Virus record (IMG/VR): IMGVR_UViG_3300044982_000048
Coordinates: 1-37,255 of that record
Source of the DNA: a virus
Taxonomy: Duplodnaviria; Caudoviricetes
Reading direction: 5' to 3' (one strand)
DNA length: 37,255 nucleotides
A program made the position numbers and the translations under genes. Positions within the stretch are counted from its first letter, which is position 1; each line of letters begins with the position of its first letter. Under the pieces are notes generated by a model that was not told where the DNA came from, ran no database searches, and saw only the letters and a list, made by a program, of their open reading frames with translations. This document shows, piece by piece, positions 1 to 8,518 of this stretch.

Positions 1-127
1 TCAAGCGATAACCTTTCAACAATTACGGCCGCTGGTTATCTCAATCAGTTTAATCTCGATGGTAATCCTATATCGCCTACAGATATTTTAGAGGTCATCT
101 ATAGTTATGTCGCAGCAACTAATAGTG
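1..127. repeat. Terminal direct repeat, left copy (circular assembly overlap)
   Basis: 1-127 is identical to 37129-37255. The 127-nt length equals a common assembler k-mer, and an ORF reads through the junction. Confidence 0.97.
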
Positions 128-555
128 GTACTTACGGTGTGTTTACTCCTAGCATTTCTAATGGAGTAATTACATTAAATTCATTTGTCGGTGGCGCTAA
201 TGTGCTTCTCAATAATGCCGTTAATACAATGGCATCTGGTAGTGAAATCATCCTTGCAAAAGGCACAGCGACAACCACAGCAGGTGCAGCTACAGTTAAT
301 CAACAATCTGGGGTATTGACGACTCCCTCACTAACGACGGCAAGTGGATCAGCTTATGTCATTACTTTAACAAACAGTGAAATTGCTGCAAGTTCTGTTT
401 TACTATGTCAGGTTCAAGGTGGCTCAAATACCACCCCAGGTATTACGATTATCGCAACACCTGCGGCAGGAAGTGCAACAATATCGCTTGAAAATAGTGG
501 TGTTGCAGCAGCAGCTTTAAATGGCACCGTAATTATCGGCTTTGCAGTATTTTAG
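1..555 (+). CDS. 3' part of a 208-aa junction-spanning virion protein (probable head decoration or minor structural protein)
   Basis: Frame 1 is open from base 1 and continues the ORF starting at ATG 37057. The product is Thr/Ser/Gly/Ala-rich and beta-strand-like, and lies between portal and scaffold. Confidence 0.8.
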   Translation, partial: SSDNLSTITAAGYLNQFNLDGNPISPTDILEVIYSYVAATNSGTYGVFTPSISNGVITLNSFVGGANVLLNNAVNTMASGSEIILAKGTATTTAGAATVNQQSGVLTTPSLTTASGSAYVITLTNSEIAASSVLLCQVQGGSNTTPGITIIATPAAGSATISLENSGVAAAALNGTVIIGFAVF

Positions 556-562
556 AGGTTTT

Positions 563-709
563 ATGAATAAAGATTCATTTCAAGAACGTTTAAAAGAGTT
601 AGAAAAGATGTCGCATCAATCTATTGCAAATTTCAATGTAATAGAAGGTGCAAAGCAAGAAATTCAGTTTTGGTTGAATAAGCTTGATGAGTCTAAAAAA
701 GTTGAATAG
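563..709 (+). CDS. Small coiled-coil protein, 48 aa (MNKDSFQERLKELEK...), not in the ORF track
   Basis: GAGG upstream of ATG 563, TAG at 707-709, heptad-like pattern. Confidence 0.7.
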   Translation: MNKDSFQERLKELEKMSHQSIANFNVIEGAKQEIQFWLNKLDESKKVE

Positions 710-715
710 TTAAAA

Positions 716-764
716 AATATGAGCGGTTATTGTTTCATCTCCCTGGTCAATAGCTGCTCATATT
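716..764. terminator. Long hairpin between convergent transcripts, probable terminator
   Basis: AATATGAGCGGTTATTG pairs with CAATAGCTGCTCATATT (17 bp, 2 G-U on +). The A-run on the left gives a U-tract on the minus strand. Confidence 0.6.
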
Positions 765-979
765 GATATGCATGGTGAGGATTTCACTCACACCTACCTG
801 GGTATCCGCTGTTACTGATCCATTCAACTGCATCATTAAAGCAGCACGGCTTCGCTAGCTAGGCTTACGACCTAACATCGTAGCAACATCAGATGCTCTT
901 CGATTGGCACCCATTGAGTTTATAGGCGGTAAAATGGGTTATCCGCCTACTTCCATCTTTTCTAGCTCCATGCATATCG
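765..979 (-). ncRNA. Putative ~215-nt structured ncRNA of unknown family
   Basis: 11-bp closing stem (765-775/968-978), internal hairpins, a 7-bp loop pseudoknot, a T-arm-like hairpin at the 3' end, and a promoter directly upstream. Confidence 0.65.
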
Positions 980-986
980 TTATATT

Positions 987-1016
987 ATTATATATTCTTG
1001 ATCAAGTTTTCTTCAA
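987..1016 (-). promoter_or_regulatory. Sigma70-type promoter for the putative ncRNA
   Basis: Minus strand TTGAAG-18 nt-TATAAT. The predicted start (~980) coincides with the 5' end of the closing stem. Confidence 0.55.
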
Positions 1017-1188
1017 ACCATTTATCAGTTTCAGATAATGGATAAAGCACTTTTCCTTTTCCTAGCAATCTAAAGCAATAAGGGGGTTGGTCTTTACCTC
1101 TTCTTTGTTCAAACCATGATCGAGAATAACCATAGCGTTTTGAACAATCTTTTTCTGTTAAATATTGCTTTCCCATCATGATGATCAT
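988..1188 (-). CDS. AlpA/excisionase-like HTH DNA-binding protein
   Basis: YLTEKDCSKRYGYSRSWFEQRRGKDQPPY...GKVLYP matches the MerR/AlpA-like winged-helix pattern. Confidence 0.75.
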   Translation of the reverse strand: MIIMMGKQYLTEKDCSKRYGYSRSWFEQRRGKDQPPYCFRLLGKGKVLYPLSETDKWFEENLIKNI

Positions 1189-1292
1189 GTTCTTATCCTT
1201 AAAAACACCTATTAAATCCGTTTTATCCTCATTTAACCGTACTCTTCCACAATCAAATTAGCAATATATGGTAATTAAATTTACGATCTAAA

Positions 1293-1445
1293 TATGGATT
1301 TATCCATCGAGACTCGCGCGATATGCGAGGAATCACCATGGCGGGGTCAATAGCCAACGCAGCTAGTGCGTTTACTAAATCCTAGACGAGACCTGTTCGT
1401 TAGGCAGGGCGTAACCGTTGCGGGGTTAATAGCTAAGGATTGCAC
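1293..1445 (+). promoter_or_regulatory. Structured 5' leader of the scaffold-coat operon with a duplicated 22-nt motif
   Basis: GC-rich island with several hairpins. ACCATGGCGGGGTCAATAGCCA (1335-1356) and ACCGTTGCGGGGTTAATAGCTA (1414-1435) match at 18/22. Confidence 0.6.
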
Positions 1446-2198
1446 ATGATTGAAAGCTCAGGAACGAGCCAAGTTACTGAAAGTGTACCGCAAAGTACAC
1501 CACAAGTAGCTGAAGCGCCTTCGGCGCCTGTTACAACGCAAGATGAAAGGACATTTAGGCAGTCAGACGTAAACGATATCGTTAAACGTGCTAAGCACGA
1601 AGCAGTAGAAGGTTATAAGCGTATTCAGGCTGAACAGCCTAGATATGCTGAGCAAAAGTATGGCGAAACGAGTTCGGGAACAGCTCAGTTACAGCCAAAC
1701 CAAGCCAACCTTTCTGAAAACGATTATCGTCGTATAGCTGCTGAAGAAGCACAGAGACTCCGTGATCAATGGGTGCAGGAAGCACATTCCAAATCGGAGA
1801 TCGAAAATGCACAAAGGATTGTTGAAGGCTTTAAAAATAAAATTTCATCTGGCAAGGAAAAGTATCCGGACTTTGATCAAGTCACGGGCGTGATTGAGTA
1901 TGCTAAGTTTCCAAACGTTGTACAGCTCTTAGCGCAATATGTAGAAAACGCTGATGATGTTCTGTACCACTTTGCTAACGATGAGATCAAAATGGAAACA
2001 CTTGAATCTCTAGCCAGTCGATCACCCCAAGCGGCTATAAGACAGGCGCAGCGGTTAGCAGCATCATTAAAAGCTAATGCTAATGCTAAAAATATTAGAG
2101 TTCCTAATGAGCCATTAAGTCAATTGCGTCCTTCTAACACTGGAACGGATAACGGCGTAATGTCTGTCGGCGACTATAGGAAAAAGTACAAAGTCTAA
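1446..2198 (+). CDS. Capsid scaffolding protein
   Basis: Helical, charged protein with a low-complexity N-terminus, immediately before the coat gene. ATG 1446 follows AAGGA. Confidence 0.8.
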   Translation: MIESSGTSQVTESVPQSTPQVAEAPSAPVTTQDERTFRQSDVNDIVKRAKHEAVEGYKRIQAEQPRYAEQKYGETSSGTAQLQPNQANLSENDYRRIAAEEAQRLRDQWVQEAHSKSEIENAQRIVEGFKNKISSGKEKYPDFDQVTGVIEYAKFPNVVQLLAQYVENADDVLYHFANDEIKMETLESLASRSPQAAIRQAQRLAASLKANANAKNIRVPNEPLSQLRPSNTGTDNGVMSVGDYRKKYKV

Positions 2199-2249
2199 GC
2201 AGACGCCATTTATCCGAACTATTAAACGACTGATAGTTAGGAGATTAAA

Positions 2250-3566
2250 ATGGCTGTATTTCCAAATAATATTTTGCAAACAGTACAAACTTATCAACGC
2301 TCATCGCTTGGACTGTTATTAAACCTTTGCTGTCACATATCGACTGCAAACACCAAATTTAAAGATTTTGACAAGATTCAAGCAAATCTTGGATCAACCG
2401 TCACATTTGATTTGCCGCCTCGTTTTACGACTGTGGCAGGTCTTGTTGCCTCTTTTGAACCAGCCGTACAACGTGTGTTGCAACTCGTTGCAGATCAATC
2501 AAACAACACCAGCTTTGCAGTTACCGCGCAACAAAGAATCTTCAACTTAGAAAAAGGCGAAGAGGATTACATGCGGGTATTTGGAAAATCAGCTATTGCT
2601 GAACTTGCCAATCTAATCGAATTAAACCTAGCACTTAACTGGGCATCTGCTGTTGTCAGCCAATTGAATGGGACTCAGAACACCTTCTCAGGGCCTTATC
2701 GATTCTTTGGAGATGGCTCTACGCAGCTGACTTCATATCAGCAACTTGCTCAAGCTGTAATGTATTTTAAGAACTATGGCTCCGTGGCAGAAGGAATGAA
2801 AATTTATCTCCCAGATTCCGTTATTCCGGCAATCGTTGGTAGTGGTTTGAACCAATTCGTCCCACAACGTAACGATGAAATCGCAATGTCTTGGGAAGTG
2901 GGTGATTTTGGTACGCCGCTCGTTCATTACTATCAATCGAACTTAATGCCAATCCATGTTTCTGGTGACACCGGCGTTAATGGTCAAACACTTACAGTAA
3001 TTAGTACAAATGACCCAACTGGTCAAAATGTCACTCAGATCACTGTGAGTGGTGCGACTGATTCAGATGCAAATGCCGTTTATGCTGGCGATGTCTTCCA
3101 GTTCAAGGATGGTGTATCGGGACAACCTAATATGCGTTACCTCACATTCATTGGGCATGCACCTTCAGCAAATCCCGTACAATTTCGTGCGACGGCTAAT
3201 GCCGGTGCGAATGCGTCAGGTGATGTGACGATCAATATTTACCCACCGTTAAATTGGGCTGGTGGTGCGAATCAGGATCTCAACAATCCAATTGCTGCTG
3301 GAATGCAATTGCTGACCTTTCCATCTCATCGTTGCGGTGGAATATTGGGTGGTGATGCGCTTTTCATGGCAATGCCACAATTACCGGAACAAAGTCCGTT
3401 CGATACTGCTAATGAATATGACCCAGAAACGGGCGCTTCATTACGTCTTACCTACGGTTCGCTGTTCGGTCAAAACCAGACTGGAATGATTTATGACGAA
3501 GTCCATGGTTCAGTGATTGTTCCTGAATATTCCATGCGATTCTTAGTTCCATTGTCTCAAGGCTAA
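2250..3566 (+). CDS. Major capsid protein, P22 coat (gp5) family
   Basis: 438 aa, GSTVTFDLPPRF N-terminal motif, beta-rich insertion domain (AGDVFQF), synteny. Confidence 0.88.
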   Translation: MAVFPNNILQTVQTYQRSSLGLLLNLCCHISTANTKFKDFDKIQANLGSTVTFDLPPRFTTVAGLVASFEPAVQRVLQLVADQSNNTSFAVTAQQRIFNLEKGEEDYMRVFGKSAIAELANLIELNLALNWASAVVSQLNGTQNTFSGPYRFFGDGSTQLTSYQQLAQAVMYFKNYGSVAEGMKIYLPDSVIPAIVGSGLNQFVPQRNDEIAMSWEVGDFGTPLVHYYQSNLMPIHVSGDTGVNGQTLTVISTNDPTGQNVTQITVSGATDSDANAVYAGDVFQFKDGVSGQPNMRYLTFIGHAPSANPVQFRATANAGANASGDVTINIYPPLNWAGGANQDLNNPIAAGMQLLTFPSHRCGGILGGDALFMAMPQLPEQSPFDTANEYDPETGASLRLTYGSLFGQNQTGMIYDEVHGSVIVPEYSMRFLVPLSQG

Positions 3567-3574
3567 ATAATGGC

Positions 3575-3598
3575 AAAGGTGGCCAAATCGCCACCTTT
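3575..3598 (+). terminator. Hairpin after the coat gene (terminator or mRNA stabiliser)
   Basis: AAAGGTGGC-caaatc-GCCACCTTT, a perfect 9-bp stem. Confidence 0.65.
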
Positions 3599-3624
3599 AA
3601 CTTAACGGATTAGGAGATCTAAAC

Positions 3625-4485
3625 ATGTTATCAGGCGGCACAGTACAAGTTCAAAATGATCCGATTTATTCGCTTCCCTATCTATACATTAGCGGATTGA
3701 ATATCTCGGTTGCCTCAACTACGGTAATTGCAGTTTCACCAGGTCAGGCAAGAGATTCATCGGATAATATCGACATGCCAGTTGGTTTTCCAAACCTACA
3801 AGGTTTTGTCAATCCAGCCTTACAATTCCAAAACTTCATGCCACCTCTCTTTATCAATAGCGCCGTAAATGGTGCTAATGGTCTTGATTCTGGTTCGCTA
3901 ATTGACACGATGGACTATGCCATCTACTTGATTGGTGATTCTCGTGGCTATAATGAAGTTGCAGGACTTTTGAGTCTAACAAGCAATGCCTATCCTTTAA
4001 TACCACAAGGTTATGATTCTTACCGATTGATTGGTTTTGTGGAAACAAGTGGATCTGCAACGTTTGTAGCCTCTTCTACAAATCCCTTAAATGCAAAGAA
4101 CTTAAGAGCCTATTATTTGTCACCTGCTGTTTCAGTTCTATCAGGTGGATCAGCAACGACCTTCACCGATATTGACCTTAATACTCCAGTTCCAACAGGA
4201 ACGGCGCGAGATGTGATCGTATTTCTGCAAGTTGTATTCACGCCTGCTGCAATTGGCGATACGGTTCAATTCAGACCGGATAACGAAGGTACGCCACAGA
4301 CTGCAGGTTTAGTGACAATAACTGGTGTAGCTGCGGGTATTGCACAGACTCAATATGTTCAAGTGATTGCTGGAGTGAATGGTTCAAGCCATGCAGGTAT
4401 TGACTATAAAGTTTCATCTTCTAGCGATTCAGTAAATGTATTAGTTGCAGGCTATAGCTACATTCCAACTAGCTATGTCCCGTAA
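3625..4485 (+). CDS. Virion structural protein (possible decoration protein)
   Basis: Beta-rich 286 aa, AGGAG RBS, directly after the coat gene. Confidence 0.65.
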   Translation: MLSGGTVQVQNDPIYSLPYLYISGLNISVASTTVIAVSPGQARDSSDNIDMPVGFPNLQGFVNPALQFQNFMPPLFINSAVNGANGLDSGSLIDTMDYAIYLIGDSRGYNEVAGLLSLTSNAYPLIPQGYDSYRLIGFVETSGSATFVASSTNPLNAKNLRAYYLSPAVSVLSGGSATTFTDIDLNTPVPTGTARDVIVFLQVVFTPAAIGDTVQFRPDNEGTPQTAGLVTITGVAAGIAQTQYVQVIAGVNGSSHAGIDYKVSSSSDSVNVLVAGYSYIPTSYVP

Positions 4486-4505
4486 TCTTATGAGGAGAGC
4501 GTGCT

Positions 4506-5261
4506 ATGTCTTACACTGCACAACAGTTAATAACGCGCTCTTGGTATCTTTCAGGAATAGTCGCCCGTAATTTGCAAGTTCCGACGGGCGACCAAATTAC
4601 TAATGGATTAATGCTGCTTAATGCTCTTCTTGATTACAAACAAATTGAGACTGATTTAATTCCTTATTGGACTTACATCGGTATGAATTCAATTGCTGGA
4701 CAAGAATATTACGATCTTCCTTATATAGCAGCTATCGAATCATTGACATTCAATATAGATGTTGTTAGATATCCTATGGATACGATTACGAGAAGAAACT
4801 ATTTTGGATCAGCTCGTGTCGATAATATCGCATCACTTCCATTTGACTGGAATTACAATAGAGGTCAAGGCGGTGGAACATTATCATTATACTTCCTGCC
4901 AGAAAGTAATTATTTTCTGAAGATGATGGTAAAACTGTTCTTAGTAGATGTTGAATTACAAACTGATTTGATAAATGTTTCTGAAACCGTTCCTTATACT
5001 TTCATTCAAACAGCTAATCAAGGTTATGACACATCCTATATTGAGTATCTAAGATATGCATTAGCTCAATACATGTGCTCAGAATATGGCGTCTTATTTA
5101 ATCCTGAATCTGAAAAAATATTAATCTCATTACGAAGAAAGTTAATGTATATGAGTCCTCCCGATTTATCGATGATAAAAACGACTGTTCTTGCTGCTGA
5201 TCAAAATGCAGGCTTCAATTACGGGGACGTCAACCTTGGCAGGGGTTGGCGGCCAAGTTAA
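4506..5261 (+). CDS. Head-to-tail adaptor (P22 gp4-like)
   Basis: TAQQLITRSWYLSG N-terminus, GLMLLNALL helix, C-terminal LRYALA..C.EYG motif, synteny. Confidence 0.72.
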   Translation: MSYTAQQLITRSWYLSGIVARNLQVPTGDQITNGLMLLNALLDYKQIETDLIPYWTYIGMNSIAGQEYYDLPYIAAIESLTFNIDVVRYPMDTITRRNYFGSARVDNIASLPFDWNYNRGQGGGTLSLYFLPESNYFLKMMVKLFLVDVELQTDLINVSETVPYTFIQTANQGYDTSYIEYLRYALAQYMCSEYGVLFNPESEKILISLRRKLMYMSPPDLSMIKTTVLAADQNAGFNYGDVNLGRGWRPS

Positions 5262-5398
5262 TGATTAATAACAATATTTTTATTAGTTTCGGATTTAATT
5301 TATAAGTTATAATATACTCACTCTAACAATAAATGTATTGATAGGCTACTCTAAAGAATCGATAGAACTCCTAAAACAAGTTATTCTTTATCTAGTTA

Positions 5399-5453
5399 AA
5401 GCCAAGCCTAGGATGGCCATCCGAAAAACTAGTCCCTTCAACTAGCTTGGCTT
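5399..5453 (+). promoter_or_regulatory. Compact three-way-junction RNA leader of an inserted gene
   Basis: Outer stem AAGCCAAG/CTTGGCTT encloses GGATGGCCATCC, a GAAAA linker and CTAGT-cccttca-ACTAG. Confidence 0.55.
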
Positions 5454-5509
5454 GGTACGTAAAAAACATCAACGTAATAACAAGGATGGAAATACCTCGG
5501 AGAATGTCA

Positions 5510-5731
5510 ATGACTGAAAATGAAAAATTAATAATAACCAAATATGATCTTCTTTATGAGCAAAGAATGACCAGAGTAGAATCAAGCATCGAACGATTAG
5601 ATAAAACAACTAATGATTTAATGTATGAAGTGAAAGAAATTAGAAAAGACATGAAATCAGATTTTAGATGGCTACTCGGTATGATGTTGGCTATCGTAGG
5701 ATTGATGGCTAAAGGATTTCATTGGTATTAA
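5510..5731 (+). CDS. Coiled-coil protein with C-terminal TM helix (XhlA/DUF1640-like), moron
   Basis: GGAG upstream of ATG 5510. Coiled coil, then FRWLLGMMLAIVGLMAKGFHWY. Paralogue at 22530-22757. Confidence 0.75.
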   Translation: MTENEKLIITKYDLLYEQRMTRVESSIERLDKTTNDLMYEVKEIRKDMKSDFRWLLGMMLAIVGLMAKGFHWY

Positions 5732-5770
5732 TATGTTATAATATTTACCTAAACCAAGGATGGTTCAAGG

Positions 5771-7372
5771 ATGATATCAAGAGGCCCTAACTTTAAACAA
5801 ATCCCACTCAACATAGTTGGCTCAAGTGTATTCGGTCGTTATCCAAAAATATCTATAGAAAAAACATATAACATGTTTATTTCTGATAATTTTCTAGTTC
5901 CATACGCAGGATATCAATTGGCAGTTCTTTCATCAATGCTTGGAAATGGCACAGAGGGAAGAGGGATTTATGCAAGTACTAAGTTAGGACGAATGGTCGT
6001 TGTTATTAATTCCAATGTTTATTTGGTTAACTTGTTTTATGATCAGGATAACCAAATGAATTTTGATCAGCAAGTTTCATTAATTGGTACACTGCAAACT
6101 TCAGTTGGCGTGGTATATATCGCAGAAAACAATAAACCTCAAATTGCTATTTCTGATGGGACTGCTATTTATGTTTATGACACGACTCTATCGCCTAATT
6201 TCCAAACAGCAACCATTGACTTTGTCCCAGGCTATATTACGTTTCATGATACTTACTTTATTGCTGCTTCTATGGGTACTAATATATGGCGTCTTTCTGG
6301 TAACAATGATGGGTTAAGTTGGCCTGATGAAAGTCCAAACGTTGGTGCGTTAGAAACAAAAGCTGATAATGTTCAAGCTGTTGTAAGATTTCCATCTAAA
6401 GGAAATATGGTTTTAGTTATGGGATCGACAGTGACTGAATCTTGGTATGATACAGGTGCACAATTATTTCCTTATCAACGCACTAATAATTTTAGTATAG
6501 ATTATGGATGTTTAAATCCAGCAACGATAGCATATATGGATGAAATGGTCGTTTGGCTTGCTCAAAATGAAAAGAGCGGGCCTATTGTGATGTATACAGA
6601 TGGTGGCCCTCCTACTAAGATTACAACAGATGGCTTTGATTATGTATTTTCCCAATTAACAGAACCAGCTGACTCACAAGGATTTCTGTATAGACAAGAT
6701 GGGCATTTGATTTATCACTTAAATTTCTATACTGACAATTTATCCTTGTTCTATGATTTCAGTACACAAAAAATATATCATGCATGTGACCAAAATTTAA
6801 ATTATTTTATTGCAGCAACTGTAGCATTTTTTAACAATCAATATTATTTCGTTACTAAAAATGATGGTAACTTATATGCATTTGATACTATCTTTACTGA
6901 TTATCAAACAGTAGATAAAGATAATAATATTGTAACATTTGAAATACCAAGAATAAGAACATGCCAAAATATTAGGATGCCATCGCAAGAATATTTTATT
7001 GCAAATGATATTGGATTTACTATTGAATCAGGAGAGACAGATTATTATCAACAAAACTTAGGATCAATATTTTTAATTACGCAAGATAGTAATTTTATAA
7101 TAACACAAGATAGTAATTTTTTAATATTGCAGCAAGAAGCATCTACAGGGATTGGCCCAAATTCTGTGCCTAGAGTTGATCTGTCTATATCTACTGATGG
7201 TGGCGCAACATTTGGTAGTGATTTTGCATATGTTCTTCCGCCTATTGGCATCAGAAAGAATCGCTTAATGTGGTGGCAAGCGGGTATTGTAAATGATTTA
7301 GTATGTCAATTTAAATTCTGGTCTTTTGGTCGGTTTGTAGTGACAGATGGAGTTGTAAATATAAGACAATGA
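5771..7372 (+). CDS. Tail hub / packaged DNA stabilisation protein (P22 gp10-like)
   Basis: 533 aa beta-propeller-like protein with YRQDGHLIY and LSISTDGGATF motifs typical of gp10 homologues. Confidence 0.85.
   Translation: MISRGPNFKQIPLNIVGSSVFGRYPKISIEKTYNMFISDNFLVPYAGYQLAVLSSMLGNGTEGRGIYASTKLGRMVVVINSNVYLVNLFYDQDNQMNFDQQVSLIGTLQTSVGVVYIAENNKPQIAISDGTAIYVYDTTLSPNFQTATIDFVPGYITFHDTYFIAASMGTNIWRLSGNNDGLSWPDESPNVGALETKADNVQAVVRFPSKGNMVLVMGSTVTESWYDTGAQLFPYQRTNNFSIDYGCLNPATIAYMDEMVVWLAQNEKSGPIVMYTDGGPPTKITTDGFDYVFSQLTEPADSQGFLYRQDGHLIYHLNFYTDNLSLFYDFSTQKIYHACDQNLNYFIAATVAFFNNQYYFVTKNDGNLYAFDTIFTDYQTVDKDNNIVTFEIPRIRTCQNIRMPSQEYFIANDIGFTIESGETDYYQQNLGSIFLITQDSNFIITQDSNFLILQQEASTGIGPNSVPRVDLSISTDGGATFGSDFAYVLPPIGIRKNRLMWWQAGIVNDLVCQFKFWSFGRFVVTDGVVNIRQ
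7070..7129 (+). repeat. 24-bp tandem repeat encoding FLITQDSN-FIITQDSN-FLIL
   Basis: CAAGATAGTAATTTT occurs twice, 24 bp apart. Confidence 0.85.
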
Positions 7373-7869
7373 CACAACCTACTATTGCACAATCTATATT
7401 TCCTGATTATCCACGCGAATCACCTGCTATCGATAAAAAAGGAAATTTTACAACAACATGGTCGTTACAACTGAATGCGTTATTCCAAGCACTGCAGAAA
7501 AACTATAAGAATGAAGGCATTGTCTTTCCACCATTGACCCAGGATCAACAAAATACGATTCAAGGCATTTATACAGCTTATATTGGGTCGCCATTACCAG
7601 GAAATGTTCCTGATATAAGTGGTCAAACAATATTCGATTCTACCAACAGGTTACCTAAGCAATTCATTATTACTTATGATAATTCTGCACCGCCAAATGT
7701 CCTGTCTGCTCAATGGCTTATCATGAATGTAATGTTACTTAATGCCGGCGACCCGAATGGTAGTGTAGCTGGCGTATTATACTGGTTTTGCTATGATATA
7801 ACTAATAAAGTGCTATATATTTGCACGACTAGTGGTTCAACAGGGACTTCCGTTTGGACGGTAGTTTAA
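7369..7869 (+). CDS. Tail-associated protein
   Basis: ATGA overlap with the hub gene. The C-terminal PNGSVAGV...LYICTTSG module is also present in fibre 3. Confidence 0.65.
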   Translation: MTQPTIAQSIFPDYPRESPAIDKKGNFTTTWSLQLNALFQALQKNYKNEGIVFPPLTQDQQNTIQGIYTAYIGSPLPGNVPDISGQTIFDSTNRLPKQFIITYDNSAPPNVLSAQWLIMNVMLLNAGDPNGSVAGVLYWFCYDITNKVLYICTTSGSTGTSVWTVV

Positions 7870-7889
7870 TTAAGTAAAAGGATTTAATT

Positions 7890-8507
7890 ATGGGATTTTG
7901 GAATGATTTATTCGGTGGTGGCGAAGACCCTGCTAAAGCAGCTAACAAATATTTCGATCAAATACCAGATGAATTAAAAAAATACATGGAACCGTATTTT
8001 CAAGGTGGTTTGCAACCTGGCCAAACATTGAATCAAATCGGTCAAGGATATCAGCAATCTCCTGGCTTTCAATTTGCACTCCAACAAGCATTAGGTGCAT
8101 CTAATCGTTCTGCAGCAGCAGGTGGAATGGCAGGAACGCCAGCTGCGCAACAAAATTCCATGCAAGTTGCAACCGGATTGGCTAATCAGGATTATAACAA
8201 CTGGTTGCAAAATGCTCTTGGTATCTATGGAACTGGAGCTGAAATGGGTAAAAATTTAGGTGAAGATATCGGATCACTTTACGGTACACAAGGCAAATTA
8301 GCATTTACAGATGAATTAGCCAAACAACAACGACAGCAGCAATTATGGGGTGGGTTAATATCTGCTGCAGGAAATGCAGCCGGAGGAGCTCTAGGAGGTC
8401 CTTTTGGAGCAATGATGGGAAAAAAATTATTTGGTGGTTTAACTGGAAATGGTAATTCATATACACAACCTGCAGATTACAGTAGATATTATAATGGTGG
8501 TTACTAA
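7890..8507 (+). CDS. DNA ejection/transfer protein (gp7-like)
   Basis: Gly/Gln/Ala-rich, QQSPGFQF...SAAAGGM motif, position after the tail genes. Confidence 0.75.
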   Translation: MGFWNDLFGGGEDPAKAANKYFDQIPDELKKYMEPYFQGGLQPGQTLNQIGQGYQQSPGFQFALQQALGASNRSAAAGGMAGTPAAQQNSMQVATGLANQDYNNWLQNALGIYGTGAEMGKNLGEDIGSLYGTQGKLAFTDELAKQQRQQQLWGGLISAAGNAAGGALGGPFGAMMGKKLFGGLTGNGNSYTQPADYSRYYNGGY

Positions 8508-8518
8508 GGGAGATAATA

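Noticed and set aside
1-127. Biological terminal repeat or attachment site
   Set aside because: The length equals a typical assembly k-mer and the repeat lies mid-gene, so it is better read as a circular overlap.
765-979. True tmRNA or tRNA
   Set aside because: No GGGG start, no G3-U70 pair, no terminal CCA, no canonical TTCRA loop, and no Ala-rich tag end.
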